A stretch of DNA of 64,000 nt from Octopus bimaculoides. Lineage: Eukaryota. The position numbers were made by a program, and so were the translations under genes. Of this stretch, positions 11,686 to 23,704 are shown piece after piece. The notes beneath the pieces were generated by a model. The model was not told the DNA's origin and searched no databases. It saw nothing but the letters and a program-made list of their open reading frames with translations. The stretch's first letter is position 1. Each line of letters begins with the position of its first letter. The DNA lies in NCBI RefSeq assembly GCF_001194135.2, contig NC_068987.1, positions 90,021,461 through 90,085,460 of the forward strand. The letters are read 5' to 3'.

Positions 11686-11870
11686 CTCCCCGCCATTACT
11701 TGACAACCAATGCTGGTGTGTTTACGTCCCCATAACTTAGCAGTTTGGCAAAAGAGACCGATAGAGTAAGTACTAGACTTACAAAGAATAAGTCCTGGGG
11801 TCGATTTGCTTGACTAAAAGCAATGCTCCAGCTTGGCCAAGGTCAAAATGACCGAAACAAGCAAAAGAAT
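10664..11870 (+). mobile_element. SINE family B spanning a gap (head 10664-10830, tail 11610-11870)
   Basis: Head gagtggctgtgtggtaagtagcttgc...gggttcagtccc, then (TA)n and gap, then (TG)n and the B tail; may be more than one copy. Confidence 0.75.
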
Positions 11871-12149
11871 AGGTACAGATGCACTAAAACCAGCAATTGT
11901 GTTTGTCAATAATTCATTAGAGTCATATTACAGTAAAGCTATTGATATAAAGGTGGGAAAACATGAGCAAACTAACAATTCATAAATGCAATAACTTACA
12001 AAATAAAATTTCCCTGAAAGTCATGAAATATCTCTCTATAAATGTTCTGAGGCCTTTACACATGTCACAACTTGATCCAAGCCAAAGCAGTGGCCAACAG
12101 GCAGAGCATAACGTGTGCTAACTTATTTACAGAGCAACAGGAAGGATTA

Positions 12150-12600
12150 TATAATGATGATGATGATGTTGTTGTTGAACATAGCAACTTTGCTGGAGAA
12201 TGTCACAACAAGTCAACAGTCTGCAACGAAAAAGGTTTGGGAAGTTTCATGCAACACCATTTCTTGTAGATGCTCTCTCTTCAGATTTGATCCTATCCTT
12301 TCAATCCAGTTTGTAAGCTGGGTGCTATGAGTACCTAAATCTCCACTACAACAGGTATAACATCTACCTTCAACAACCACAGTTTCTTTTTTATTTCTAA
12401 TCTCCCACTTCAAATCTTCATACATGACCACTTTCTCTTCTTCTAATACTCTTTCAACACCAAGAAATGCAATACCTGTGATTAGACTGGTTTTCTCACC
12501 TTTTTTTATTTATAACCACTATATCCGGCCTCTGGTGTTCAGTTTTATAATCACATTGGATTATTATATACCATAGTAATCTTTACTTTATCATTCTCAG
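12150..12600 (-). mobile_element. R4/Dong-clade non-LTR retrotransposon 3' fragment (restriction-like endonuclease), pseudogenised
   Basis: Minus translation with frameshifts: ENDKVK..LLWYIIIQCDYKTEHQRPDIVVINKK..LITGIAFLGVERVLEEEKVVMYEDLKWEIR..GDLGTHSTQLTNWIERIG..HLQEMVLHETSQTF; RPD and EK motifs of the PD-(D/E)xK nuclease. Confidence 0.9.
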
Positions 12601-13660
12601 TTGCTGGGTTGATTAACTGACCAATCCTCTGCTGCTAAAATTGCTGGGCTTGTGCCAAAATTGAAACCATTACTACATTCGTCCGTCTTTATGTTCTGAA
12701 TTTAAATTCCAGAGGTCAACTTTGCATTTCATTTTTTCGAGGTCAATTAAATAACAGTTGCACATTGTGGTCAATGTAATTAAATAGCAACCCCCTTACC
12801 ACCACCCAAAATTTCAGGCCTTGTGCCTATAGGAGAGTGGCTTATTATTATATTAAGAAAGCAGGCTAGCAGAACCATTAACACGCCAGGCAAAATATGT
12901 AGTGGTATTTCACTTGTCTTTATGTTGTGAGTTCAAATTCCACCGAGGTCAACTCTGCCTTTTATCCTCTTAGGGTCAGTTGACAAAACAAGTACTAGTC
13001 AAGTACTGGAGTTGATAAAATAAGTACTAGTGAGGTACTGGAGTTGATGTAATCAACTTCCCCTCCACTCAAAAATTGTTGGCCCTGTTCCAAAATTTGA
13101 AACCATTATTATTATTATTTCGTTTTTGGATTTGGTTTGCAAGACTCTCCCCAGACACAGATTATTATTATTATTATTATTATTAGACAGCAAGATGGCA
13201 GATTCATTAGCATATGTTGGGCAAAATGCTTAATGGCATTTTCTCTGTCTTTGCATTTTATTTGAAATACTTCCAAAGTTGACTGCTTTGCATCCGTTCG
13301 TGGGTTGATAAATTAGGTACCAGTCAAGTACTGGGTTGATGTAATCAACTTAACCCCTCCCCAAAAATTTCAGGCCTTGTGCTTATAGTAGAAATTATTA
13401 TTATTATTAACCTAGAGTAATATAGTCTCTGAAATAACAGTTATGTTGAACTAAATATCTTGCACTATATCGTTTTATCCCATTACATTTTGGGTTCAAA
13501 TTCTGCTGGGTTTCAGTTTACGTTTCACTCTCCAAGTGTCAATAACATATTTAGCCATGAAGCGGTGGATTGATTTCACTGACCATTAACTCCCCACCCC
13601 ACTCCATTCTTTCCCCACTCCTGCTTGCACTAGATTTGTGTTAATGTACAAAACCATTGC
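12600..13660 (+). mobile_element. Head-to-tail chain of about 5 degenerate SINE copies (family C here)
   Basis: Repeated gagttcaaattcc..gaggtcaact..gcctttcatcct..gggt(c/t)gat units, each ending aaaatt..ggccttgtg..(ATT)n. Confidence 0.8.
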
Positions 13661-13934
13661 CATTTATAATCAAAGAAAATTATTTCTCTTCTGACTCATC
13701 CTTATTCTACAGGGTAATTTTCCACTCACTGAACCAACTGCTTCTTTTGCATGAAAACACTTATATAAACCAACAGCATGGTCACTCAACCTGCTAGAAA
13801 TAGCAAACAAATTTCTCTTAAGTCATGCCCTACTGTTCTTAATAAAAAAAAAAAAAAGAGAAGGCATAGTGCTGACCTAGAGTTAAACAACATCAAAGAA
13901 AATAGGCAATTATCCTATTAAAGCCAACCGAATT

Positions 13935-14077
13935 TCTGACGTTTGTTTTCCATGCTGGCATGGATTGGATGGTTTGACTGAGGCCTGGAAAGCCAGCAGT
14001 TGCACCAGGCTCCAGTCTGATCTGACAATGTTTCTTCAGCTGGATGCCCTTCCTAATGTCAACCACTCCTAGGGTGT
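13935..14077 (-). mobile_element. RTE 3' UTR fragment
   Basis: tttccatgctggcatgg...ggatgcccttcctaatg, cut by a gap. Confidence 0.85.
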
Positions 14078-14523
14078 NNNNNNNNNNNNNNNNNNNNNNN
14101 NNNNNNNNNNNNNNNNNNNNNNNNNNNNNNNNNNNNNNNNNNNNNNNNNNNNNNNNNNNNNNNNNNNNNNNNNNNNNNNNNNNNNNNNNNNNNNNNNNNN
14201 NNNNNNNNNNNNNNNNNNNNNNNNNNNNNNNNNNNNNNNNNNNNNNNNNNNNNNNNNNNNNNNNNNNNNNNNNNNNNNNNNNNNNNNNNNNNNNNNNNNN
14301 NNNNNNNNNNNNNNNNNNNNNNNNNNNNNNNNNNNNNNNNNNNNNNNNNNNNNNNNNNNNNNNNNNNNNNNNNNNNNNNNNNNNNNNNNNNNNNNNNNNN
14401 NNNNNNNNNNNNNNNNNNNNNNNNNNNNNNNNNNNNNNNNNNNNNNNNNNNNNNNNNNNNNNNNNNNNNNNNNNNNNNNNNNNNNNNNNNNNNNNNNNNN
14501 NNNNNNNNNNNNNNNNNNNNNNN

Positions 14524-14808
14524 TGCCAGTGCCCCTGGACTGGCTCTTGTGCGGGTGACACATGAGGTTTTTCGAGCGAGATGAGCGTGGCCGTTGCCAG
14601 TACTGCCTGACTGGCCTTCGTGCGGGTGACACGTAAAAGCACCCACTACACTCTCTGAGTGGTTGGCATTAGGAAGGGCATCCAGCTGTAGAAACTCTGC
14701 CAAATCAGATTGGAGCCTGGTGTAGCCATCTGGTCTCACCAGTCCTCAGTCAAATCGTCCAACCCATGCTAGCATGGAAAGCGGACGTTAAACGACAACG
14801 ACGACGAT
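14524..14808 (+). mobile_element. Young RTE 3' UTR with hairpin modules
   Basis: Nearly identical to 43420-43616; ends gcggacgttaaacgac(aac)gacgacgatg. Confidence 0.9.
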
Positions 14809-15061
14809 GTGTGTGTGTATATATTAAACACTGCCTCGAGTCCTAGGTATCCTGGTTTTCATTTTGCACAAGTGCTGAGATCATAACATTCCTCTTGCCC
14901 ATTTACGGTTGAGCAGATAGTAGCAATGTGAAATAAAGTGTTTTGTCCAAGTACATAACACACCACTTGGCTGAGGAATTGAAACCCTAGCCAATAGGTC
15001 ATGGGCCTTCGTTATTAGTTTGCAAAACAAATGATAAAGAATATTTTATGCTGTCACTTAA

Positions 15062-15276
15062 CCCTTTAGCATGTAAACAGCTCTATCCAACCCAAATACT
15101 TTATTCATTTATGTTCAAACCATCCAGATCTGATCTTTCATACCCACCCTATAATGCCATTCTAAAAGTACAACAATCACATTATTGAACTCTCAAAGCT
15201 GTGAGATGAAGCATGATTAATTAAGATCATTGTGAATAAGTTTTACATTTAACAGAAAAATCTGGATGCAAAAGGG
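15062..15276. mobile_element. piggyBac-like MITE
   Basis: TTAA-CCCTTTAGCAT ... ATGCAAAAGGG-TTAA; related copies near 37810-38010, 42010-42204, 46405-46630, 56635-56820 and 59626-59835. Confidence 0.75.
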
Positions 15277-15479
15277 TTAACTTATTTGAGATAACAACCA
15301 AATTTCCTTCAGATTTCACTCTGCTATCATAAAGATGGATGACTAAACAAAATAAACTAAGTTATAGAATGTGATATGGCTGACTGAGCAATGAGGTTTC
15401 AATTAAACTTATGACAAAGATTTATTCAGTCGCCTCAACCACTGGCTCACAGATGTTTGCTTCTTCTCTACCATTTCTT

Positions 15480-16030
15480 TCACACTTCCACCTCTGTTCT
15501 TTTAAACTAGTGTCTGTATGCCCACTCCACCAATGTCCCACTGGACACCCTACTCTCCACTCCCCTACCATATCTCTGAAATGTCTTCTTTAGCTGGCAT
15601 GAGCAGATTCACATCAAAGAGTATAATTACCTACTAGACTTCTATCCAGGTAATACCATCACTAAAGGAAGAGATATCACAAGGAACATTGCATATCAAT
15701 ATCCAAGTTTTGCTGCACCACAGGGAACCTCATGGTAGAGACTCCTCCCCCATTGCATTCCAGGAGGACATTTATATCCTCTCCCAGTTCCTGTCCTTCA
15801 CTGTTAAAAATGTCTGGCAAGGGGGAGATAACTCCCCCATCGTAAAAAAGAAAAAAAAACCCTGTCGAGCATTTCAGAACATCACACTCTCACTCCATAA
15901 ATCCTCCGTGAAAAATCTTCAAATGCATCAACCCTTCCAATTCTGTTCCCTCTTGGGAATCTTTTGTAGCAGAGACCAACTTAGAGATGTCTGCAAGCTG
16001 AACATCAATCTTGTCAACTTCATTAGGAAG
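15480..16030 (-). mobile_element. Possible highly decayed LINE (L1/Tx1-like) endonuclease remnant
   Basis: GC-richer non-SINE block; minus translation includes YYLDRSLV, resembling the APE SxLDR motif; several stops. Confidence 0.3.
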
Positions 16031-17137
16031 CAGAGATTTGCAGACACCATGGAGTGCCAACTTTGGCATTGCTTTTATGGCTGAATGATCTTCCTAATAC
16101 CAACTAGTTTACAGTGTGGGCTGACTGGGTGCCTTTTTTCGTGGCACTGACACTAGTGAGATTGCCAAGTAACTTGCAAGATGGGGGAGAAGAACAGGAA
16201 AAGCCTCCTCAACTGAGTGAGGGAAGTGGCTTCATGCCAGGTGTTGAGAGACAAAAGTATGGCAGAGTAACGAGCACAGGCAACAAATATGATAGTCCAA
16301 GAGCACAACACTGTAAACAAGTTTCCGATTGTAAACACAGAAGGAAATTCAACCAAGAGTGGTTCTAACAGACATTTATTTACGCTATCTGGAAAAAAGA
16401 TCTGCCAATAGCAAATAACGCAGCAGCTGTTGTATTCGTTTTTATAATGTAAATTTGCAATTCACTGATAAATACGTATTATATATATCCTCACCGATAA
16501 AGCTGAAAAGAAAAACACAGGAAAACAGTTTTGTGCATCTGTAGATGGCATTTTATCTACAATTCTTATTTAAAACATTCTATAAAGAACAAAAAGAAAA
16601 CTATTATCCCTAGAGACAGAAGATTAATCTTTCTTTGCTTTAAAAAAGGATTATTATAATCTTAATCTTTATTTTTCAAGGTGTATATTTTTGAAAAACT
16701 GAAACAGACATGCTGTATATAGGACATGGGAATGTGTCAATACACACACACCTGCACACAGCTTAGACATGCTTGCATTTGTGTATAATGTGCTTATACA
16801 TATGTGTGTGTGTGTGTGTGTGTGAGATTTTTTTCTTCGTATTTCTTAATTATCCTTTTATGGAGAAAGTAAACGAACAGTTTTGGTCACCATGTACAGC
16901 TAAATGTACTTTCAGATTAGAACAGCTTTTGCTCCTACCCAACTCATCAAAGAGAACTTAAACAAGATATTTGAGTTTGTAAGATGATAGCAATAGGAAA
17001 AGCAACATTTTAGATATTTTCAATACTATTCATCAAAACCTTGCTTCCTCCAATTTTGTTCTCTTTACCATTCCATCTTGATTTAAAAGCTTTCTCCTTC
17101 CAACTATTTTGCTTTAAACCTCTGAGTAGTCATCTTT

Positions 17138-17169
<32 letters not shown>

Positions 17170-17489
17170 NNNNNNNNNNNNNNNNNNNNNNNNNNNNNNN
17201 NNNNNNNNNNNNNNNNNNNNNNNNNNNNNNNNNNNNNNNNNNNNNNNNNNNNNNNNNNNNNNNNNNNNNNNNNNNNNNNNNNNNNNNNNNNNNNNNNNNN
17301 NNNNNNNNNNNNNNNNNNNNNNNNNNNNNNNNNNNNNNNNNNNNNNNNNNNNNNNNNNNNNNNNNNNNNNNNNNNNNNNNNNNNNNNNNNNNNNNNNNNN
17401 NNNNNNNNNNNNNNNNNNNNNNNNNNNNNNNNNNNNNNNNNNNNNNNNNNNNNNNNNNNNNNNNNNNAAAAAAAAAAAAAAAAAAAAGA

Positions 17490-17595
17490 AATGAAGACGA
17501 GTGCGTAAATAACAAACAGATATATTAATTTAATGCTTGGGAAATGAGAAAGTCTTTTATGTTTCGAGCCTATGCTCATCAACAGAAAGGAACAT
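17490..17595 (-). mobile_element. Penelope-type tail with hammerhead-like motif (second family)
   Basis: Minus strand CTTT-CTGTTGA-T-GAGC-ATAG-GCTC-GAAA-CA-TA-AAAG at 17589 to 17554. Confidence 0.65.
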
Positions 17596-18496
17596 TATAG
17601 AATAAGTGCCAGGTTTTAAAATTAAAAAAAAAACAGTACTGGGGTCAAATCATTCAACTAAAATTCTTCAAGATAAGGAACAAGTTACATTAAATGATAG
17701 AGAAGGGGCAGGGAGGTAAATTAGAAAACTCCAATTTCAAGAAGTGTAGAATCTCAGATAAAAAAACATGAAAATATAAGAATTTGCAAACCTATCCCAA
17801 TATGTGGCTGCACTGAAACAGAACAAAAATATACATTGGAACGGTGTAGCTTCTGAGAAAATATATTGAATAGGTGTCGTAGTAACTGAAATGAACTTAT
17901 GAAAAGTATATGAAATTTACAGGAGAAAAATGTTGAAGTTTATCGTTTAAAAAAATGCCAAAATCAACATAGCATTTTCTTTATTACTTTTGGTTTCCAA
18001 AATGTTCTTTTAATACCAAAGTCAGTATAAAGAACTTTGCATTAATTTATGACTATTTCAGCAGGTTTTAAATATTTTATGACAGCACATACTAAATGTC
18101 AACAACAATTTTCTTTTTTTTTTTATATTTCATTAAATGGAAATAATGGCCAGAGAATCAGTTAAAGAAACAAGAAAAACAATAGCTTGTATTTACTAAT
18201 ATTTCTTTATGATTCTGTTAACTTTGAAGATGAGAAAACAACTAATATTTTAGCTCATTATTTCTACCATATGAAGACATTTGGTAAATTGTCTTCATGC
18301 TCTCAGTATACCTACAGATTAAGTAACAGGGGGGAAAATATTTAATATATCAGGAAACGATATTTTTCTGCAGAAGACCATAAATCAATTTGCAATAAGC
18401 GTTTGTGAAGAAATACTAGCAGGAATTTTGTTGTGGTTTTGTTTTGTTTTTAATTATTTCATCGTGAAATAAACTAACAGGAGATAATTAACAAAG

Positions 18497-18612
18497 TAGC
18501 TGACACTATGAGGTATCCCTGTGGTTAAGAAGCTTGCTTCCCAACCACATGGTCTTGGGTTCAGTCCCACTGTGTGCCACCTTGAGCAGGTGTCTTCTAC
18601 TATATCCCCAAT
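18497..18612 (+). mobile_element. SINE family B head, truncated
   Basis: gtggttaagaagcttgcttcccaaccacatggtcttgggttcagtccc. Confidence 0.85.
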
Positions 18613-18614
18613 TA

Positions 18615-19150
18615 TCATTAGTATAAGCAATTGTCTGTAGCTATCTGCTTTCTCTTTGATTTTCAAAGAGATACTCGCATCAGCAGGGCAGCTGACCTCT
18701 ATAACGGTACAAACTTTTTTTGGTCTCTGTCTTAAACAACAATATCCGATCTGTTATGTTTGCACTTGTAGAAGTTTTGATGGGAATGTTCCACTAGTAT
18801 TCCTTCTCTTAATACTTATGTAGGTCTTCAATAGAGGAATCTCTATACTTATTCAAAGTCTCTTTTTCTGATAGCATTGCATATTGTTAAGCAACAACAT
18901 TGTGTTGCACTTTGAGCAGCTGGTGATCACATGACATTTTCAGGTATAGCTTGGGGTTCAAATGGCTTTGCTATCTTTCTTTGTTCAGCAGAAATTTGGT
19001 AGCAATCTCCTATTCTTGGATTGCAAACACACAGCTTTTGAAGTGTGATCTGATGTGGCAGTCATGAATCTAAGAAAGGCTGAATAACTGCATGCCCGTA
19101 TTAGTATCCTCCTCAGATCTTTGGAAAACATACCCATGTACGGTTTTTGA
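18615..19150 (-). mobile_element. R4-like non-LTR retrotransposon fragment (CCHC knuckle + RLE), second subfamily
   Basis: With frameshifts: VHGYVF..SHFKSCVFAIQE*EIATKFL..CHVITSCSK..QHNVVA..WNIPIKTST..CKHNRSDIVV*DRDQKK..CTVIEVSCPADASISLKIKEK. Confidence 0.85.
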
Positions 19151-19994
19151 GGTAATTTAGTTCAAGCATATAGGTATAAGCACAATCAGAAGCATTTGGA
19201 CAAAAGCAGTGAAGAGCAGTGCCACAAAAGATATCGTAATTACTGGAAACAGAGAGACTCAACACAAGTGCAAATGAGAGTACTACCAGAAACAACAAGT
19301 AACCAGCAGAACAACCTCATTGCTAGACTTTCAACAAGAACACAGGTAAGGATGGGGGGGGGGCAATGAAATCAGCAGCAGCCCCACCAAATACAACAAC
19401 AGTATTTGCAGCATCTTCCCATCAGAACAATTTGATCCTTACCTGTGCCTAAACTGAAGCAAATCTGATACCAAACATTAAATTCAATAATAGAGAACTG
19501 TAGCAGTGGGCCACTTCCAACTGTTGGTGGTGCATCTTCTGCTTGAATTGCAAAGCAATACAGACAACACGCATTCAGTGCAACACATGACTGCAGTCAT
19601 TTCATTTAATCAGCAGCAGAAAGAGAAGGAAATGAACAGATGCTACTGCTGTCCATCACTTAAACAACACACTCAGACAAATCAATTTGCAATCAGTAAC
19701 CTAACATCAATATTAAATATAAAATCAAATGGATTCACACACACTTATGTGTTAACTTGTAAGAAAAGAATGTAAATTACTCCTTTTCTGAAAAGAAACC
19801 AAGCCACATAGCTGTAGGTCAGCTCTGGCTGAACAGGCCTATTATCAAACACATTCCAGTCTTTATCTCAGTCACAGGGTAGAGAGGACATTACCCAACA
19901 TGCCATATTTTCCAGCTGTTCCCACAAGAGCATGTGTTGTAATTTGAGAAAAAATTTCACTGCTATTTCAAGTGGGTTGAGCAACCATGTAGAC

Positions 19995-20247
19995 CAGTAG
20001 CTCTCAACCCTTTTGTTCCCTAAGGACTCCTTTAATTTCTATTCCACTTTGCTGGACCCCTATAGCCATTCTGTTTAAAAAGTCCTATTGCATTTTTATA
20101 ATTGATTATTATTAGGAACCGTATAAAAAAATTGTGAAAATATTTCATATATTGTAGAAGTATAACTAATGTATTGTCCATAAACTTTAACAAGAAAATC
20201 TTATATCGACCCCTTAGGGTCATGTGGACTCTGGTTGAGAACCACTG
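19995..20247. mobile_element. hAT (Charlie-like) MITE
   Basis: TIRs CAGTAGCTCTCAACC / GGTTGAGAACCACTG; 8-bp TSD atgtagac / atctagag (6 of 8 match, NTCTAGAN-like). Confidence 0.85.
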
Positions 20248-20829
20248 ATCTAGAGGTATCCCTGTTAGGCCTTGAACTGTTCATGTTTAGGCTCCGGTTT
20301 CATGGTGGTTTTTGTGAATGGGAGTTGAATGTTCCCTGGATAAACACCTGTATGTTGTAACCGACATTCAAAAATGATCTAAAAATGATAATCTGTAATC
20401 TTACAGTGATGACGCAAGTTTAGGTAATTCGTAAACCAAAAATAACACATTCTGCAGAGGTCATTTCGCTTCTACTGAAATGGTAAAGTATGAGTTAAGA
20501 TATATATATGTAAGGAAAGAGCAGTTAAGTGTTTTGTATGAAATTAGGATTTGTGATAACTGGAATCACAAATGTAATGTGTTAGGCTGGTGTGAGTGTA
20601 ACAAAAATATTACTGATGAGACTAAAATAACTGGGCATTACATATTCTTTTGCTGGGATCTCTTTTTTCTCTTTCTTATCAATTAGAATGTTTCTAATAC
20701 AGTCTATTGTAAATATTTATAGCTTCTAAAACCTCACAGTAAATATTGACCTGGATAGAATGCCAGCCTCTCATATGTAACCTTTACAAATCATTTGGTA
20801 ACTATTCTTCATTGTTAAATAAACCGATG

Positions 20830-21248
20830 CAATCATCATCATCATCATTTACTGTCCACTTTTCCAATGCATGCACGGATTGGATGAAATTTGTTGAAAC
20901 AGATTTTCTACAGTTGGATGCCTTTCGTGTTACAAACTCTCACCTGTTTCAAAATAAGGTAATATTTCCCTATAGCTAGACATGTTTTTCAAAGAAGACT
21001 GGAAATGAATAGCCTCGCTTTTGATAATGGTGATGCTTGTTTACAACCATGCTGTCAAAACAAGGACACACACACACACACACACACACACATGATTGGG
21101 CTTCTTTCAGCTTCCACCATCTGATCCACTCACAAAACCTTGGTTAGCCTAGAGCTATAGTAAAAGATACTTGTCCAAGATACCATGCAGTGGGACTGGT
21201 ATCATATGATTGGGAAGTGAGCCCCTCAACCACACGGCAATACCTGCA
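20830..21248 (-). mobile_element. Composite SINE: family B head + (TG)n + unique segment + RTE-type (GAT)n tail
   Basis: Same module order at 26545-26945, 46630-47000, 50625-50950 and 55795-56187. Confidence 0.8.
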
Positions 21249-21881
21249 CAAGAAAATTTTTTAAAAGGGTTCAAACACAACAAACTGACAGACGATCTTG
21301 TTTTCCCCTGTCAATTACGACCACACTGGAGCATTACCAGTTTGCATTTCTGAATATTAGCATTGTTAAAATAAGTGTGTATATATGTAGTTCTTTTCCA
21401 TCAATACTCAGAGTTTCCTCCATTTCCACTCTTCACAGCAACAAATGGAATGCAGAAGCTCAAAAGAGTAGAACTAAAACCTCAATTTCAAAAAAATGGA
21501 GACATTTTATATCTAATGAGCATTGTTTTATTATGTGGGTGTGTGTGAGAGAGAGAGAGAGAGAGNNNNNNNNNNNNNNNNNNNNNNNNNNNNNNNNNNN
21601 NNNNNNNNNNNNNNNNNNNNNNNNNNNNNNNNNNNNNNNNNNNNNNNNNNNNNNNNNNNNNNNNNNNNNNNNNNNNNNNNNNNNNNNNNNNNNNNNNNNN
21701 NNNNNNNNNNNNNNNNNNNNNNNNNNNNNNNNNNNNNNNNNNNNNNNNNNNNNNNNNNNNNNNNNNNNNNNNNNNNNNNNNNNNNNNNNNNNNNNNNNNN
21801 NNNNNNNNNNNNNNNNNNNNNNNNNNNNNNNNNNNNNNNNNNNNNNNNNNNNNNNNNNNNNNNNNNNNNNNNNNNNNNNNN

Positions 21882-21949
<68 letters not shown>

Positions 21950-22829
21950 GTGTGTGTGTGCGTGAATACATGCACAAGCAATATCTAGAAGGAAATTAAA
22001 GTCATGCATAGATAAATATGTTTCTTTTTTTTTTTAATTTAAATCAACGTTTGTACTCCACCTCTATATTTAAAAGAGGTGCCACAATGTAGAACTTATT
22101 AAGAATTATAGTACGAGTGTCAAGGACTAATTGAGGAAAATGTGTCAACTTAGAATAAATTAAATGGATTTTGTTGGCTTCAAATAAATGACTCATCTGC
22201 AATAACTGGGGAGAGTCGTTTTAAAGTTTTAGTGAGGCATAAAAATATAAGAGCACTTATCTAAATATATTGCTTTAATTCTTACAACAACATATACACA
22301 ATCATGTGAACACATACAAAATGTGGACAAGAGTAGATGACATTGAAAGACAGGCAAAAAATTGTTTCTAACCACTGCAAGGCCACAAATTTGAAGGAAG
22401 AGATAAAGACAGATCAACTGTTGTACTTGCTTTTTTTAGCTTCTATTTTTTTTATTTATTTATTTGTTTATTTCTGGTACCTGGTTTCTAGGGAGCATAA
22501 GTGACAAAAATCCTAGAATGGGATGTCAACCTGTTGCAGGGATGAAGGCCAAAAAACTTGAGGGGATGGGGAAAAAATCAATTACATCAAATCAAATACT
22601 TGACTGCTTCTTTATTTCCACAACTCTGAAGAGATGAGAGACAAAGTCGACCTCATTTGGGTTTGCATGAAAAGAACCAAGGAATAAAAAAATGCCCCTA
22701 AACATTATGTTTGGCATGCTACTTATTCTTCCAGCTCACTGCCTTGTACTTGATTGGTGTTTATATTGTGAGTGGTTATATACGAGGGTGAGTCAAAGAG
22801 TAATACCATTTTGCTTAGGACAGGTATAA

Positions 22830-23140
22830 CTACCAACACATGGTTTGGGGTTCAGTCCCACTGGGCAACACCTTGAGCAAGTGTCTTCTATTGTAACTCC
22901 AAGCTGACCAAAGCCTTATGAGTGAACGTCATGTCGAAGCCCATTGTACATACGTGGCTTTGTGTTTATAAACCTTCTTTTCCACAACTTGACAACCAGA
23001 GTTCATTTGTCTATGTTCTACAACTTAGCAGCTTGTTCCAGACTTTAAAAAAAATAAGGACTGACTTTGATTTGTTTGACTAAATCTTTCAAGATGATGT
23101 CCCAGCATGGTTGCAATCCAATGAGTAGGAGCTGATTGAT
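22830..23140 (+). mobile_element. SINE family B, diverged
   Basis: gggttcagtcccactggg..accttgagcaagtgtcttcta...cccagcatggttgcaatc. Confidence 0.75.
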
Positions 23141-23704
23141 AATCCTGTACACAGGTTGACTGAAATCAGCTACATACGGTTTCCTATGAATCTGAGGTAT
23201 TGAGTCCATGTAACAAATCAATATTACAAAAAATACCAAGATGGTGGATTAGCTAATCCATTATAAAACTGGTGGATTTGCAATAGGTCCTATAGTATTT
23301 AGTTAAGGTCAGTTACATTCCAACTTTAAATCTAGCCCAAGCCAGTTTTGCTTTTCAGCATTTTGCAGGTAAAGCATGATGAAATAAAGATCCAGTTAAA
23401 TAATAGGGTTGATTTAATCACCTATGCCCTCTTGTAGTTTTGTGGTTGGTGCCAGTGTTAGAAACCAGTATTACAAGAGTCATTGACAGCTGCACTTTGA
23501 TATATAGAGAAAGGAAGAATTGACTGATCTGACTTCATAAACAAAAATCTAACCACAAGTATATGTTTCTCTTTCTATTGAAAAATTGCTCAAGCCAAAC
23601 ATATACCAAACATTACAATGAAAGGTAACCAACAGAACTGTTTTGCTTTATTCATAATAATAATTATATATATACATACACACACTCACATACATGCACG
23701 TGCA

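Noticed and set aside
19442-19590. Cadherin-like or GPCR TM2-like reading of YCFAIQAED..LQFSIIEFN
   Set aside because: Only loose spacing similarity; no DxNDN motif and no hydrophobic helix after the Asp.
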